A DNA stretch of 64,000 nt. It comes from an uncultured archaeon (GTDB lineage Archaea; Asgardarchaeota; Thorarchaeia; Thorarchaeales; Thorarchaeaceae). Positions 38,666-48,740 of this stretch are shown here, piece after piece (positions within the stretch are counted from its first letter, which is position 1; each line of letters opens with the position of its first letter). The position numbers were made by a program, and so were the translations under genes. Below the pieces are notes generated by a model. That model was not told the DNA's origin. It worked only from the letters and a program-made list of their open reading frames with translations, and did no database searches. The stretch lies in assembly GCA_964473825.1 (NCBI GenBank), contig CAYYQL010000003.1, forward strand, positions 89,640 through 153,639, read 5' to 3'.

Positions 38666-39634
38666 ATGTCGAAGAAATCGAAGAAAACAGCGGCAGGAAA
38701 TTCACTTGACATTCCACTTGAGGAACTACCGGGAGTAGGTGACAAGACTCGCCAAGAGCTCGTCAAAGCCGGCTACAAATCTGTTCGTGCAATAGCAGAA
38801 GCTGATCCCTCTAAGCTGGCTGAGAAGGTAGACGGAGTGGGCGATGTCACAGCCCAAAAGATGATTGATGCAGCCATGGAGCTAGTCAAAGATGCGTCAC
38901 TTCAGGAACTACCGGGAGTGGGTGACAAGACTCGCCAAGGGCTCGTCAAGGCTGGTTATAAGCTTCTAAGCAAGATTGCAGAAACTGATCCGTCCGAACT
39001 GGCCGAGAAGGTAGATGGAGTCGGCGAGGCCACAGCCAAGAAGATTGTGAAGGCAGCAAAGAAGATGTCTAAGGCGCCTGCTGTGGAGAAGACGCCCGAG
39101 AAAGAAGCGGAAGAGAAACCGGCGCCAAAGAAGCCTGCCAAGAAGGCAAAACCGGCCAAGAAAACGCCTAAACCAAAACCATCTGAACAGCGAGTCGACT
39201 CTCGTCTTGTTAGACTTGCTCGTGAGAAGAGACGCCGAAAACCTGCTTTCAGAAATGTACAATCACACAGATGGAAGCGTGTTAAGGACTCGTGGAGGAA
39301 GGTGCGGGGCATCGATAGTGCGGTACGTGAGAAGAAGAAAGGCAGACCTGCAATGGTCAATGCTGGTTACCGTACCCCTAAGGCTGTCAGAGGCTTGCAT
39401 CCGTCGAACTTGGAAGAAGTACTGGTCTATCGCCCTGCGGATTTGGACGGCCTCGACCCTGATATCCATGCAGTTCGCATCGGCGGAACCGTGGGGATGC
39501 GGAAGAAACAGGCCATAATCAAGAAAGCTGACACAATGATGCTTAGAGTACTCAATCCAGGTGCACCAGAAGATCTCATGGAAGAGGACCTCTTCACTGA
39601 GCTCGATGTCATGGATGAACTGGAGGTTGACTAG
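38666..39634 (+). CDS. rpl32e: Ribosomal protein eL32 with tandem N-terminal HhH domains
   Basis: C-terminal WRKVRGIDS, GYRTPKAVRGLHPS; two LEELPGVG..K repeats. Confidence 0.93.
   Translation: MSKKSKKTAAGNSLDIPLEELPGVGDKTRQELVKAGYKSVRAIAEADPSKLAEKVDGVGDVTAQKMIDAAMELVKDASLQELPGVGDKTRQGLVKAGYKLLSKIAETDPSELAEKVDGVGEATAKKIVKAAKKMSKAPAVEKTPEKEAEEKPAPKKPAKKAKPAKKTPKPKPSEQRVDSRLVRLAREKRRRKPAFRNVQSHRWKRVKDSWRKVRGIDSAVREKKKGRPAMVNAGYRTPKAVRGLHPSNLEEVLVYRPADLDGLDPDIHAVRIGGTVGMRKKQAIIKKADTMMLRVLNPGAPEDLMEEDLFTELDVMDELEVD
38715..39059 (+). repeat. Intragenic tandem duplication (183-nt period) encoding HhH domains
   Basis: GGAACTACCGGGAGT(A/G)GGTGACAAGACTCGCCAAG in both units, which start at ~38715 and ~38898. 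Confidence 0.9.
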
Positions 39635-39635
39635 A

Positions 39636-40082
39636 ATGAATCTTACTGCTCAGAAACGATTGGCTGCTGAAGTGCTGAAAGTTGGCATATCCCGAGTATG
39701 GATTGATCCTGACTTTCAAGATGAAGCCTCTCTGGCAATAACTAAGGATGATATTCGCAGACTTATTGACGAAGGGGCAATTCAGAAGAAACAGAAGCGC
39801 GGGGTGAGCCGCGGCAGAGCAAGACACGCTATCGAACAGCGCCGAAAAGGCCGGAGAAGCGGTCCTGGGCGAAAGAAGGGTCATGCAACATCAAAGCTGT
39901 CTGGTAAGGATCGTTGGATGCGGAAGATACGACCAATCCGACGTGAATTGAAGAAGCTTCGAGATGAAGGAACAATATCGCCCGGCGTCTATCGTGATTT
40001 GTATATGAAAGCAAAGGGCAATGTCTTCAGAAGCACTGCTCACCTGAGGACGTACATATCAGAGCGAAATCTGGAGGAATGA
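39636..40082 (+). CDS. rpl19e: Ribosomal protein eL19
   Basis: QKRLAA.VLKVG..RVWIDP, GPGRKKG, LYMKAKG. Confidence 0.97.
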   Translation: MNLTAQKRLAAEVLKVGISRVWIDPDFQDEASLAITKDDIRRLIDEGAIQKKQKRGVSRGRARHAIEQRRKGRRSGPGRKKGHATSKLSGKDRWMRKIRPIRRELKKLRDEGTISPGVYRDLYMKAKGNVFRSTAHLRTYISERNLEE

Positions 40083-40849
40083 AGATAGTGGCACACGGTC
40101 CCACATACAGGGTCAAGTTTAGAAGACGGCGAGAGGGTAAGACTAACTACTATCGTCGTCGCAGACTGTTATTATCCAGAAAGCCCCGTCTTGTGGTTCG
40201 AAAGACCAATAACGCAACCATTGTACAGTTTGTTGTCGCGAAGGCAATCGGTGATGAGACTATAGCTACAGCTGTATCAGACGAGCTCACTGATCATGGC
40301 TGGGTGGCGGGAACGGCAAATATGCCTGCTGCCTATCTCACTGGTCTACTAGCCGGACGACGTGCAAAGAGCCGTGGTATTGATGAAGCCATACTAGATG
40401 TTGGACTTCACCCTCCAATCCGTGGTTCGAAGATATATGCCGCCCTCAATGGTGTTCTCGACGCCGACGTTCCTGTAGCACACGATCCAGAGGTTCTTCC
40501 ATCAGAAGAAAGGATTCGAGGTGAGCATATCGTCGAAGCCTTTGAGCACTTCTCTGATGAGTCTGAGAATCCAGTTTTCAATAATGTTGGTTCACGCAAG
40601 ACGAACATAACAACCATTCCAAAGAAGTTTGATGCTGTTCGGGATGCGATACTAAATATCCCCGCATCAGAACTGAAGAAAAAGAAGAAGAAGACCCCGA
40701 AAGAAACGAAGCCTTCAAAGCCCAAAGGGGAGAAGAAACCCAAGAAGGAAAAGAAGGCAAAGGCTCCGCGAGCCAAGCCCACAGAAGCCAAGCCAAAGAA
40801 ACTACTATCTCGTGGTAAGAGTAAGAAGGGCAGGAAACGCAAGAAATAG
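40079..40849 (+). CDS. rpl18: Ribosomal protein uL18 with Lys-rich tail
   Basis: [28 protein letters not shown]. Confidence 0.96.
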   Translation: MKIVAHGPTYRVKFRRRREGKTNYYRRRRLLLSRKPRLVVRKTNNATIVQFVVAKAIGDETIATAVSDELTDHGWVAGTANMPAAYLTGLLAGRRAKSRGIDEAILDVGLHPPIRGSKIYAALNGVLDADVPVAHDPEVLPSEERIRGEHIVEAFEHFSDESENPVFNNVGSRKTNITTIPKKFDAVRDAILNIPASELKKKKKKTPKETKPSKPKGEKKPKKEKKAKAPRAKPTEAKPKKLLSRGKSKKGRKRKK

Positions 40850-40862
40850 GGGATGAATCAAG

Positions 40863-41534
40863 ATGAGCAGAAAACGTAGACAATCCCGCAGCGACCATGA
40901 CCCCATCCAAGACTGGGAACCCAAGACCAATTTGGGGATGCTGGTGAAGGAAGGGCACATCAACAGCATAGAAGATATAATTGAGAACAACTACACAATC
41001 CGAGAGTCTGAGATTGTCGATGTGCTGTTTCCTGATCTTCGGCAGGAGGCTGTGGATGTTACCCTTGTTCAACGACAATCAGATAGTGGTCAACAGAGGA
41101 GTTTCAGAATCACCGTTGTTGTTGGTAACGGGGAGGGCATTATTGGTCTAGGTATGGGTAAGGCTCCCGAGTTTGTGCCCGCAATCCGGGCTGCCGAGAC
41201 CCGAGCCAAGATGAACATCACCCTCTTTCGTAGAGGCTGTGGCTCTTGGGAATGCCGATGTGATGAACCACATAGTGTTCCCTTCGAGGTGGTAGGTCGC
41301 TCTGGATCAGTGAAGGTGACTCTCAGACCGGCCCCCAAAGGCACAGGGCTTGTAACCGCAGATGTTGGGAAGATTGTGCTTCGAATTGCCGGCTTACATG
41401 ATGTATGGTCCATAACAAAGGGTCGGTCGCGATCCTCCTCGAATTTCGCGAAGGCTTTCGTTGACGCCTTGACCAAGACATACCGCGTGTTGCCCCCTCA
41501 AGAATGGGCTATTACAGGAGCGTATGATCAATGA
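40863..41534 (+). CDS. rps5: Ribosomal protein uS5
   Basis: WEPKTNLG, RRGCGSWEC, PAPKGTGL. Confidence 0.97.
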   Translation: MSRKRRQSRSDHDPIQDWEPKTNLGMLVKEGHINSIEDIIENNYTIRESEIVDVLFPDLRQEAVDVTLVQRQSDSGQQRSFRITVVVGNGEGIIGLGMGKAPEFVPAIRAAETRAKMNITLFRRGCGSWECRCDEPHSVPFEVVGRSGSVKVTLRPAPKGTGLVTADVGKIVLRIAGLHDVWSITKGRSRSSSNFAKAFVDALTKTYRVLPPQEWAITGAYDQ

Positions 41535-42016
41535 CCGATGAAGACAGTCCAGTTGTTCTGGCCATTCGGGTTAGAGGTCAGGTGCGAGTTCGTCCTCAAA
41601 TCAAGTATACCTTGGATAAACTCAAGCTTGGCAGGTTACATCATGCCAGGATACTGAAAATGACTCCGAGTGTCCGCGGAATGATCACCAAAGCAAAGGA
41701 CTATCTAACATGGGGCGAAGTTGACGAAGCAACAGTAGTCAAACTGCTAGAGAAACGAGGTAGGCTCTCAGGTAACCGTCGACTTACTGACGGATACGTT
41801 AAGGAGCACTCTAACTACAAATCAATCAAGGCCTTTGCAAAGGCGATTGCAGCTGGAGAGGCAGATCTGTATGCAGTTGATGGCGTTAAGCCGATTTTTA
41901 GGCTGACTCCCCCCTCTGGAGGATATGACGGCAAGACTGCTCTGTCTTTTGAGGTGGGCGGCGCGACTGGCTATCGCGGAGAAGCCATAAGCGAATTGGC
42001 TATGAAGATGATATAG
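41531..42016 (+). CDS. rpl30: Ribosomal protein uL30
   Basis: AIRVRG, GMITKAKDYLTWGE, FRLTPP.GG, GYRGEAI. Confidence 0.96.
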   Translation: MTDEDSPVVLAIRVRGQVRVRPQIKYTLDKLKLGRLHHARILKMTPSVRGMITKAKDYLTWGEVDEATVVKLLEKRGRLSGNRRLTDGYVKEHSNYKSIKAFAKAIAAGEADLYAVDGVKPIFRLTPPSGGYDGKTALSFEVGGATGYRGEAISELAMKMI

Positions 42017-42028
42017 AGGTGCAAGACA

Positions 42029-42577
42029 ATGACTTGGCGCGATCCCAATGATGACGAACGTGACGACCCTCGGAAGCTGTTCCGAAAGTGGTTTGGTTCC
42101 TTCTTCTCAGATGATATGTTCAGGCAGATGGAGGAGATGATGGAACGCATGGTCAGAAACATGGACCAAGGTCCGATGTTCGACAGGAAAGAGCTCGAGG
42201 AGTTCATGCGTTCACCAAACGCTATTAATCCATTTGTAATGGGGTTCTCAGTGCGGATAGGACCTGATGGAAAACCAGTCGTTCAAAGATTTGGAAACTC
42301 TCTTCCCGAGGATGAGCGAGCCGGTCCGCAGGGCACAATAGAACCACTTGTGGACGTCCTAGAGGAAGATGATGAGGTTGTTGTGGTCGCTGAAGTGCCT
42401 GGTGTCGGGAGCGACGAGATCGGCGTCAAGGTCAGGGGTAAGACACTAACAATTCATACAGATAACCCTCAGAGACCGTATCACAAAGAGATTCAGTTGC
42501 CCGTCGATGTCAAGAAGGGGGACGCAAGTTCTTCCATCCGGAATGGGGTTCTAGAAGTCCGGCTCAAGAAATCATGA
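42029..42577 (+). CDS. hsp20: Archaeal small heat-shock protein Hsp20
   Basis: GFSVRIGPDGKP...FGN, EPLVDV, VAEVPGV, NGVLEV. Confidence 0.93.
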   Translation: MTWRDPNDDERDDPRKLFRKWFGSFFSDDMFRQMEEMMERMVRNMDQGPMFDRKELEEFMRSPNAINPFVMGFSVRIGPDGKPVVQRFGNSLPEDERAGPQGTIEPLVDVLEEDDEVVVVAEVPGVGSDEIGVKVRGKTLTIHTDNPQRPYHKEIQLPVDVKKGDASSSIRNGVLEVRLKKS

Positions 42578-42586
42578 TCAAAGGAG

Positions 42587-43057
42587 TTGCTGAGGATGAC
42601 ACGAAAGAGAAAATCGAAGAAGATTAACAAGATGCGTGGCCGTAGGGCTGCAGGTTATGGTTTCAGTGCAGGCCACAGAGCGTCTGGACAAAGGGGCGGC
42701 AAGGGCAACGCCGGTACCAAGAAGCATCATTATATCAAGACAGTGACCAAAGACCCTCGCTATTTCGGGAAATGGGGTTTCAAACGACCACAGAGAATCG
42801 TTGAAGAGACTACAGTCCTCAATATCGGTGAGATTGATGCTATGGCCGATAAATACGTCGAGAGAGGTATCGCTGAGAAAAATGGCAAACGTTACATCAT
42901 TGATGTGTCCAAGATAGGTGTCGAGAAAGTCCTGGGATCGGGACAGGTCACCAAGAAGATAGACCTAAAGGGTGCAGAGAAACTGAGTACACGAGCGAAG
43001 CAGAAGATTCTCGACGTTGGCGGTACAATTGACCTGCTAGAAGAAGAGTCTGCATGA
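42587..43057 (+). CDS. rpl15: Ribosomal protein uL15
   Basis: HRASGQRGGKGNAG..KHH, FGKWGF, KVLGSG. Confidence 0.96.
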   Translation: MLRMTRKRKSKKINKMRGRRAAGYGFSAGHRASGQRGGKGNAGTKKHHYIKTVTKDPRYFGKWGFKRPQRIVEETTVLNIGEIDAMADKYVERGIAEKNGKRYIIDVSKIGVEKVLGSGQVTKKIDLKGAEKLSTRAKQKILDVGGTIDLLEEESA

Positions 43058-43444
43058 ATAGTGGAGGGCGTCGCCCCTCTTTCCATTTCTTTTACTCTTG
43101 ATTTCAGATGAGCGATAGGTTATGTTGGAATTGCAGTGATTGGTCATAGACAGTTTCATACAACTTGGAGACTTACAGACAATAATCCGAGAGAGCTGAC
43201 AAGACACTTTTCAGCTCAGTACAATAGAATAAGCATTAGCTCAACCTGAAAAGATGCCCCCTTGGGGATCCACTTCATCGACGTATGCAGCCCCGGTGTC
43301 CAGTACTGTGCAACTCGTAATGAATAGAGCTACTCTTCTCTATACAGCCTGCTTGCTAGCACTGTACTGTTATTATAGACCACTAGCTTTAAAGGCATTC
43401 ATCAGCTCGAAGCCAAAAAGCAACCCTGCAGGAGACTTTGAGGT

Positions 43445-44944
43445 ATGCCATCGACGTTTCTTCGAATCCTGAGCCCGGCGGTTCGTATAATGCCCGAGGT
43501 AAAGGCGCCAGATAGAGAGGTCTCGTTCCGTGAGAAGGCTGTATGGACCATCGTTGTTCTCATAATCTTCTTGGTTATGAGCCATATGCCTCTGTATGGA
43601 GTCAACAAAGATGTCGGGACTGACTATCTGTGGGCCATGCGAGTCATTCTAGCCAGTACACGTGGAACATTGATGGAGCTTGGAATAGGACCAATTGTCA
43701 CTGCAGGACTTGTTATGCAGCTCCTCTCAGGTTCAAAAATAATCGATGTTGACTATAGCGATCCTGAAGATCGAGCCCTGTTCACAGGTGGCCAGAAAGT
43801 ACTTGCAATGTTGATGACTGGCTTTCAGGCTTTTGCCTACCTCGTGGGAGGAGCATATGGTGAGCTCCAACCTACTCAAGAGGTCATAGTGTTTCTGCAG
43901 CTCTTTGTTTCTGGAGTCGTCGTCATTCTCATGGACGAGCTCATCCAGAAGGGATGGGGTCTTGGGTCCGGTGTGTCCCTGTTTATCATGACGAATGTTG
44001 CAGGACAAGTAATCTTCAACTCTCTTGACACTCTCAACACAGAAGCTGTAGCACCAACAGGCTATCCGGAGGGTGGCACTGGCCTGCCAAAGGGTATCAT
44101 AGCAGCTCTTATCTCCAACATCCTGCGAGTATTCGGTGTAGGCAGTGAGGTCTATCCCCCTGTAGATTTCACTTGGTTGTTCTTCAGAGACGGGTATAAT
44201 CCAAGCATATTTGCACTGCTGGTGACCATTGGAATCCTCTTCGGTGTTTTGTGGATGGAGAGTGTGAGAGTCGAAGTACCGCTACAGTACGCACGATACC
44301 GCGGAATGAAGGCTAGGTATCCTATCAAACTGCTCTATACCTCGAATATACCTGTCATTCTTGCACAGGCTCTCTTTGCAAACATACTATTCTTTGCACA
44401 GATCATCTTCACCAACTTCAATCAAGATGGGACTAACCCGTTCCTCAGCTGGATTGGGGTCTTTGAGCAACAGGAGGGCAGTACACAGATGGTGGCCACT
44501 GCAGGCCTATCGCGGTACATCACGCCGCCTCAGGGCCTCATGGTATTCACCCAACCAGATGGCATACTACATGTGTTATTCTATGCGGGATTCATGATCC
44601 TGTTATGTTGGGGATTCAGCACCATCTGGGTTGAGATAAGCGGCATTGCTCCACGCGATGTATCTCGCCAGCTGCTGGGCTCAGGATACATTGTTCCTGG
44701 ATTCAGAAGGAGCGAAAAGGTCTTGGAGCGATTGCTTCAGCGCTACATCCCAATTGTTGCAGGACTTGGCGGTTTCCTAATTGGAGTTCTTGCGTCCTTT
44801 GCTGATGTTCTCGGGGCGCTCGCCAGTGGTACTGGTATACTGCTCATGGTGTCTATTATCAAGCAATACTACGAGCAGATTGCAAAAGAACAGCTTGCAG
44901 AAATGGGTGGCGAAGGAGTATCAGGCCTACTAGGAATTCTGTAG
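43445..44944 (+). CDS. secY: Preprotein translocase SecY/Sec61alpha
   Basis: GTLMELGIGPIVTAG, GWGLGSGVSLFI, YPIKLLYTSNIP, SGTGILL. Confidence 0.98.
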   Translation: MPSTFLRILSPAVRIMPEVKAPDREVSFREKAVWTIVVLIIFLVMSHMPLYGVNKDVGTDYLWAMRVILASTRGTLMELGIGPIVTAGLVMQLLSGSKIIDVDYSDPEDRALFTGGQKVLAMLMTGFQAFAYLVGGAYGELQPTQEVIVFLQLFVSGVVVILMDELIQKGWGLGSGVSLFIMTNVAGQVIFNSLDTLNTEAVAPTGYPEGGTGLPKGIIAALISNILRVFGVGSEVYPPVDFTWLFFRDGYNPSIFALLVTIGILFGVLWMESVRVEVPLQYARYRGMKARYPIKLLYTSNIPVILAQALFANILFFAQIIFTNFNQDGTNPFLSWIGVFEQQEGSTQMVATAGLSRYITPPQGLMVFTQPDGILHVLFYAGFMILLCWGFSTIWVEISGIAPRDVSRQLLGSGYIVPGFRRSEKVLERLLQRYIPIVAGLGGFLIGVLASFADVLGALASGTGILLMVSIIKQYYEQIAKEQLAEMGGEGVSGLLGIL

Positions 44945-45131
44945 AATTGGGGCCTATCCATGGTCCCAGTGCCCCTCTCTCACTCAGTTCACCGGCACTG
45001 ACTGGCTTACAGATCCTTGTGCATGCATATAAGCTGGTCTCAGCCACTCATAAGCGAACTATCCACAGAATGATATATATCAATGACAAACCGTCGCATC
45101 GATTAGACGCTAAGAACAAGGTGAGAACGAA

Positions 45132-45719
45132 TTGAGTGACAATAGTGTGGTCATTGTAACGGGAATCCCTGGCGTGGGTAAGACTACTGTGATTGACAAG
45201 GCTGTGGAGATGGTCAAGAAGAAACACGGCGAAGAGGTATTGGTACTGAACTTCGGTACCGAGATGTTCGAGGCAGCGTCCGCAAAAAATCTGGTCAAAG
45301 ACCGCGACGAAATGAGGAAGATGTCATCTGACAAACAGAGAGAGATTCAGAAGTCTGCGGGGGAACGTATTGCCGAGAAGGCAAAGAGCTCGAGAGTCAT
45401 CGTTGACACACATACCCTGATTCAGACCAACAATGGATTCCTCATCGGACTACCTGAGTGGGTTGCCAAAGCCATTTCGCCTAAGACCGTGGTCCTGGTA
45501 GAGGCCGATCCCGATAACATTGCTGCTCGTAGAAGTGATGATCCAACACGCGAACGTGATATGCAGGCAGTGGAGAGCATCAAGGTGCATCAAGAGATGT
45601 GTCGAGCAGCAGCAGTGTCTGTAGGGACATTGACTGGTGCTACCGTAAGGATAATCAAGAATCGTCAAGGTCAGGTTGACATGGCAGCTCTCGAGCTCCA
45701 CGATACGTTGATGGAGTAG
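45132..45719 (+). CDS. adkA: Archaeal adenylate kinase
   Basis: TGIPGVGKTT, NFGT.M, RDEMRK, VDTH, GLP. Confidence 0.95.
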   Translation: MSDNSVVIVTGIPGVGKTTVIDKAVEMVKKKHGEEVLVLNFGTEMFEAASAKNLVKDRDEMRKMSSDKQREIQKSAGERIAEKAKSSRVIVDTHTLIQTNNGFLIGLPEWVAKAISPKTVVLVEADPDNIAARRSDDPTRERDMQAVESIKVHQEMCRAAAVSVGTLTGATVRIIKNRQGQVDMAALELHDTLME

Positions 45720-45727
45720 GTGACCTA

Positions 45728-46285
45728 ATGCAAGACATACTAGTCATTCTGAGCAATTGGCTCTACGCGACCTTTCATGAGCCTCCGATGTCAGGTTTAC
45801 TCATCGTGGCCACATCCCTCTTTGTGACAAGTCTCAGTAACTTGGCTATGAAGCGGTTCTCTGATATGCGCCGTCTGAAGAGATACCAGACAGAAATCAA
45901 GCAGTACCAAGAGATGACGAAGAAGGCAGAAGAGACCCAGAATGAGAAACTCCTCAGGAAAGTCCGGAGACGAAAAGCATACATCGATCGGATTCAGCGT
46001 GAGATGCTCGGAGCACGGTGCAAACCCTCCCTGTTTTTCATAGTCCCCTTCATGCTAATCTTCTCGCTATTGAGCGGATTCTACACTGACCCCGTCACAG
46101 GTGGCTCTGAAGTTGTTGCTGTCATCCCCTTCAATGTTCAGAAGCTTCTCCCGTTTCTCGATGGATACATCGGGACGGCCGTAGGCGGTGGATTCGGCCT
46201 ATATTTCTACGCGTTCTACATGCTGGTTGGTTTTGGTCTAGGCCAGATAGTCCAGCGTGTAATGGGCGTGTCTCTCACAGGTTAG
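45728..46285 (+). CDS. EMC3/TMCO1 (DUF106) Oxa1-superfamily insertase
   Basis: TM-coiled coil-TM architecture at the conserved position after secY-adk. Confidence 0.88.
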   Translation: MQDILVILSNWLYATFHEPPMSGLLIVATSLFVTSLSNLAMKRFSDMRRLKRYQTEIKQYQEMTKKAEETQNEKLLRKVRRRKAYIDRIQREMLGARCKPSLFFIVPFMLIFSLLSGFYTDPVTGGSEVVAVIPFNVQKLLPFLDGYIGTAVGGGFGLYFYAFYMLVGFGLGQIVQRVMGVSLTG

Positions 46286-46427
46286 AACTCAGAGCTGGGG
46301 CACTTCAGCCCCTCGCTTCTGACTTCTATTCGCCTCCATCTCAGCTGGTACAAGGTCTACCGTTCTCCTTAAAAGTAAAGGCAGCCCGTGGACGCTAGAA
46401 GCGATGATTTCCAATCGGTGATATGAG

Positions 46428-46697
46428 ATGCCCCGTCCAGGATTCTTGACCAAAGGTAGAGCCAACAGAAAGATAACGACACCCGGAAGCCGTACAGTAG
46501 TACACCGTCGCAATTTCTACCGTTCCTCTGGAACGTGTGCCCTCTCCGGTGTAGCCATGCAGCTTCCAAAGAACGCTAAGAACAGTCTGAGCTACAAGTC
46601 GAGCAAGTCATCAAAACGACCGAATAGGCCCTATGGCGGATATGCGACAGCTACGGCTATGCGTCGGGGCATAATACGAGCGGCCAGAGATATTTAG
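46428..46697 (+). CDS. rpl34e: Ribosomal protein eL34 (Zn ligands mostly lost)
   Basis: TPGSRTVVH, SKSSKRPNRPYGG. Confidence 0.92.
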   Translation: MPRPGFLTKGRANRKITTPGSRTVVHRRNFYRSSGTCALSGVAMQLPKNAKNSLSYKSSKSSKRPNRPYGGYATATAMRRGIIRAARDI

Positions 46698-46698
46698 G

Positions 46699-47244
46699 AT
46701 GAACCGCGTCATTACCATCGGAGGGCTGCACGGGACCGGTAAGAGCTCAGTTGCAGACCGCTTAGCTAATCACTTCAGTCTGAGGCGGGTGTCAGCAGGA
46801 GATATCTTCAGACAATTGGCTGCTGAACGAAATATGAGCTTGGCAGAATTCAGCAGGCATGCTGAGAAGAATGAGGATATCGATCGCCTCCTTGATGACA
46901 CGCTTCGGAGAGAAGCAGAGAAAGGCGATGTTGTACTCGACGGACAGCTTGCAGGGTGGATGGCAGGTGACAATGCGGACCTCAAGATTCTGCTCACTGC
47001 ACCTCTTGAGACTCGGGTTGCCCGGATTGCTGACCGGGATGACATACCGTACGAGGAGGCTCGACGAGAGACAATAACACGTGAGGGCAGCGAACGAGCG
47101 CGCTATCAGGAGTACTATGGCATTGATATCTCGGATCCATCAATCTATGATGTTGTTCTGAACACAGCCAAATACGACCTCGATGGTGTAGTTGGTGTTC
47201 TGATTAGTGCAATTGAAACATATTACGAAAGATCTGCCAAGTGA
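46699..47244 (+). CDS. cmk: Cytidylate kinase
   Basis: ITIGGLHGTGKS, SAGDIFR, RYQEYYGID. Confidence 0.94.
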   Translation: MNRVITIGGLHGTGKSSVADRLANHFSLRRVSAGDIFRQLAAERNMSLAEFSRHAEKNEDIDRLLDDTLRREAEKGDVVLDGQLAGWMAGDNADLKILLTAPLETRVARIADRDDIPYEEARRETITREGSERARYQEYYGIDISDPSIYDVVLNTAKYDLDGVVGVLISAIETYYERSAK

Positions 47245-47370
47245 CCGCATCTAGCGTAAGGCTCTTATTGAGAGTGCGAGTGCGAAGCTTATTCTCCCAG
47301 TTTCCCGGGATGAACATTCGAGGTGACTCAGAATGATTCGGTTGACCGGGACAGGTTGAGGTGTAATATC

Positions 47371-47652
47371 ATGAATCTATTCGAACCAGGTAGAATTTGC
47401 GTTAAGACTATGGGACGAGAAGCAGGCAGCTTCTGCGTCGTTGTTGAAAGAGAGGATAACAGATACGTAACCATCACTGGCCCGAAGCGTATCAATGGTG
47501 TTCGGCGTCGCAGATGCAATACTCGTCATCTAGAACCGATTGACCAGATGTTGGAGATATCTTCAGGGGCTGAAGACGACGAGATTGTAAATGCTTTAGA
47601 AGAGGCTGACCTCGTTGAACAGTTCCGAATGAGAATCAGGATTGAGGAATAG
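47371..47652 (+). CDS. rpl14e: Ribosomal protein eL14
   Basis: GRICVKTMGREAG, VRRRRCNTRHLEP. Confidence 0.95.
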   Translation: MNLFEPGRICVKTMGREAGSFCVVVEREDNRYVTITGPKRINGVRRRRCNTRHLEPIDQMLEISSGAEDDEIVNALEEADLVEQFRMRIRIEE

Positions 47653-47684
47653 CCTTATCCCTTTCCAGGCCGTGTGTTCCCATT

Positions 47685-48686
47685 ATGCCGAATCTACTCC
47701 CCGCTGACAAACAGAGAGAAATCATTATACGGGCTGAGGATACCACAAATGCAGAGTACGGATTCAATGCACCCAAGGATATTCCTGTTGAGCAATTGTT
47801 GCAGAACGGCGTCATAAATCTTGACAAACCATCGGGGCCCACCAGTCATGAGATTGCCACATGGGTCGGACGGATTCTAAATGTGGACAAAACCGGACAT
47901 TCAGGAACACTCGACCCTGCAGTGACGGGAATTCTTCCTGTTGGCATAGGTGATGCGACAAAGGCAATGCAGGCTCTACTCCCTGCAGGAAAGGAATACG
48001 TGTGTGTTCTTGAACTCCATAAGAAGACACCTGAAGAAGATATTCGAGGCGTGATAGAGGAGTTCACGGGGAAGCTGTACCAGAAGCCTCCTCTTAGGTC
48101 ATCCGTTAGGAGAATACTGCGGGTGAGAGAGGTATACTACAACGAGATACTAGAAATCCGGGGACGGCTTGTACTGTTTCGGGTAGGATGTCAGGCCGGG
48201 ACCTACATCCGAAAACTATGTTTTGACATTGGCGAGGCACTGGGGAGCGGTGGGCATATGCGCGAGCTCAGGAGAACCCGCGTTGGTAAGTTCCGCGAGG
48301 ATGAACATCTATGTACGCTTCACGACCTCACTGATGCATATCATTTCTGGAAAGAGGACGGTGACGAAACAGATATTCGGAAGTTCGTTCTTCCCGTGGA
48401 GAGCGCTTTAGCTCATCTCCCTGAAATGGTGATTAGAGACAGCGCCGTGGCCGCTCTCTGTCACGGTGCGGATTTGGCCGCCAATGGTGTCCTGCGCCTC
48501 AGTACAGGTATCCAGCCTGATGACTTGGTCGCCGTCAGGACGCTCAAGGGGGAGGCTGTCTGCCTCTCTACTGCGAAGATGAAGAGCGACAACATTGCAA
48601 AATCTAAGAGCGGCATTGTAGCTGTGACTGACAGAGTCTTGATGGAACGAGGACGATATCCGAGAATGTGGCAATCCAAAGAGTGA
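47685..48686 (+). CDS. cbf5: H/ACA pseudouridine synthase Cbf5
   Basis: LDKPSGPTSHE, GHSGTLDP, GTYIRKLC, PUA domain. Confidence 0.97.
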   Translation: MPNLLPADKQREIIIRAEDTTNAEYGFNAPKDIPVEQLLQNGVINLDKPSGPTSHEIATWVGRILNVDKTGHSGTLDPAVTGILPVGIGDATKAMQALLPAGKEYVCVLELHKKTPEEDIRGVIEEFTGKLYQKPPLRSSVRRILRVREVYYNEILEIRGRLVLFRVGCQAGTYIRKLCFDIGEALGSGGHMRELRRTRVGKFREDEHLCTLHDLTDAYHFWKEDGDETDIRKFVLPVESALAHLPEMVIRDSAVAALCHGADLAANGVLRLSTGIQPDDLVAVRTLKGEAVCLSTAKMKSDNIAKSKSGIVAVTDRVLMERGRYPRMWQSKE

Positions 48687-48740
48687 TCGTTTCTCATGTA
48701 CTAAAGCGAATATTGATTTACTAGTACGGGGACCAGTACG

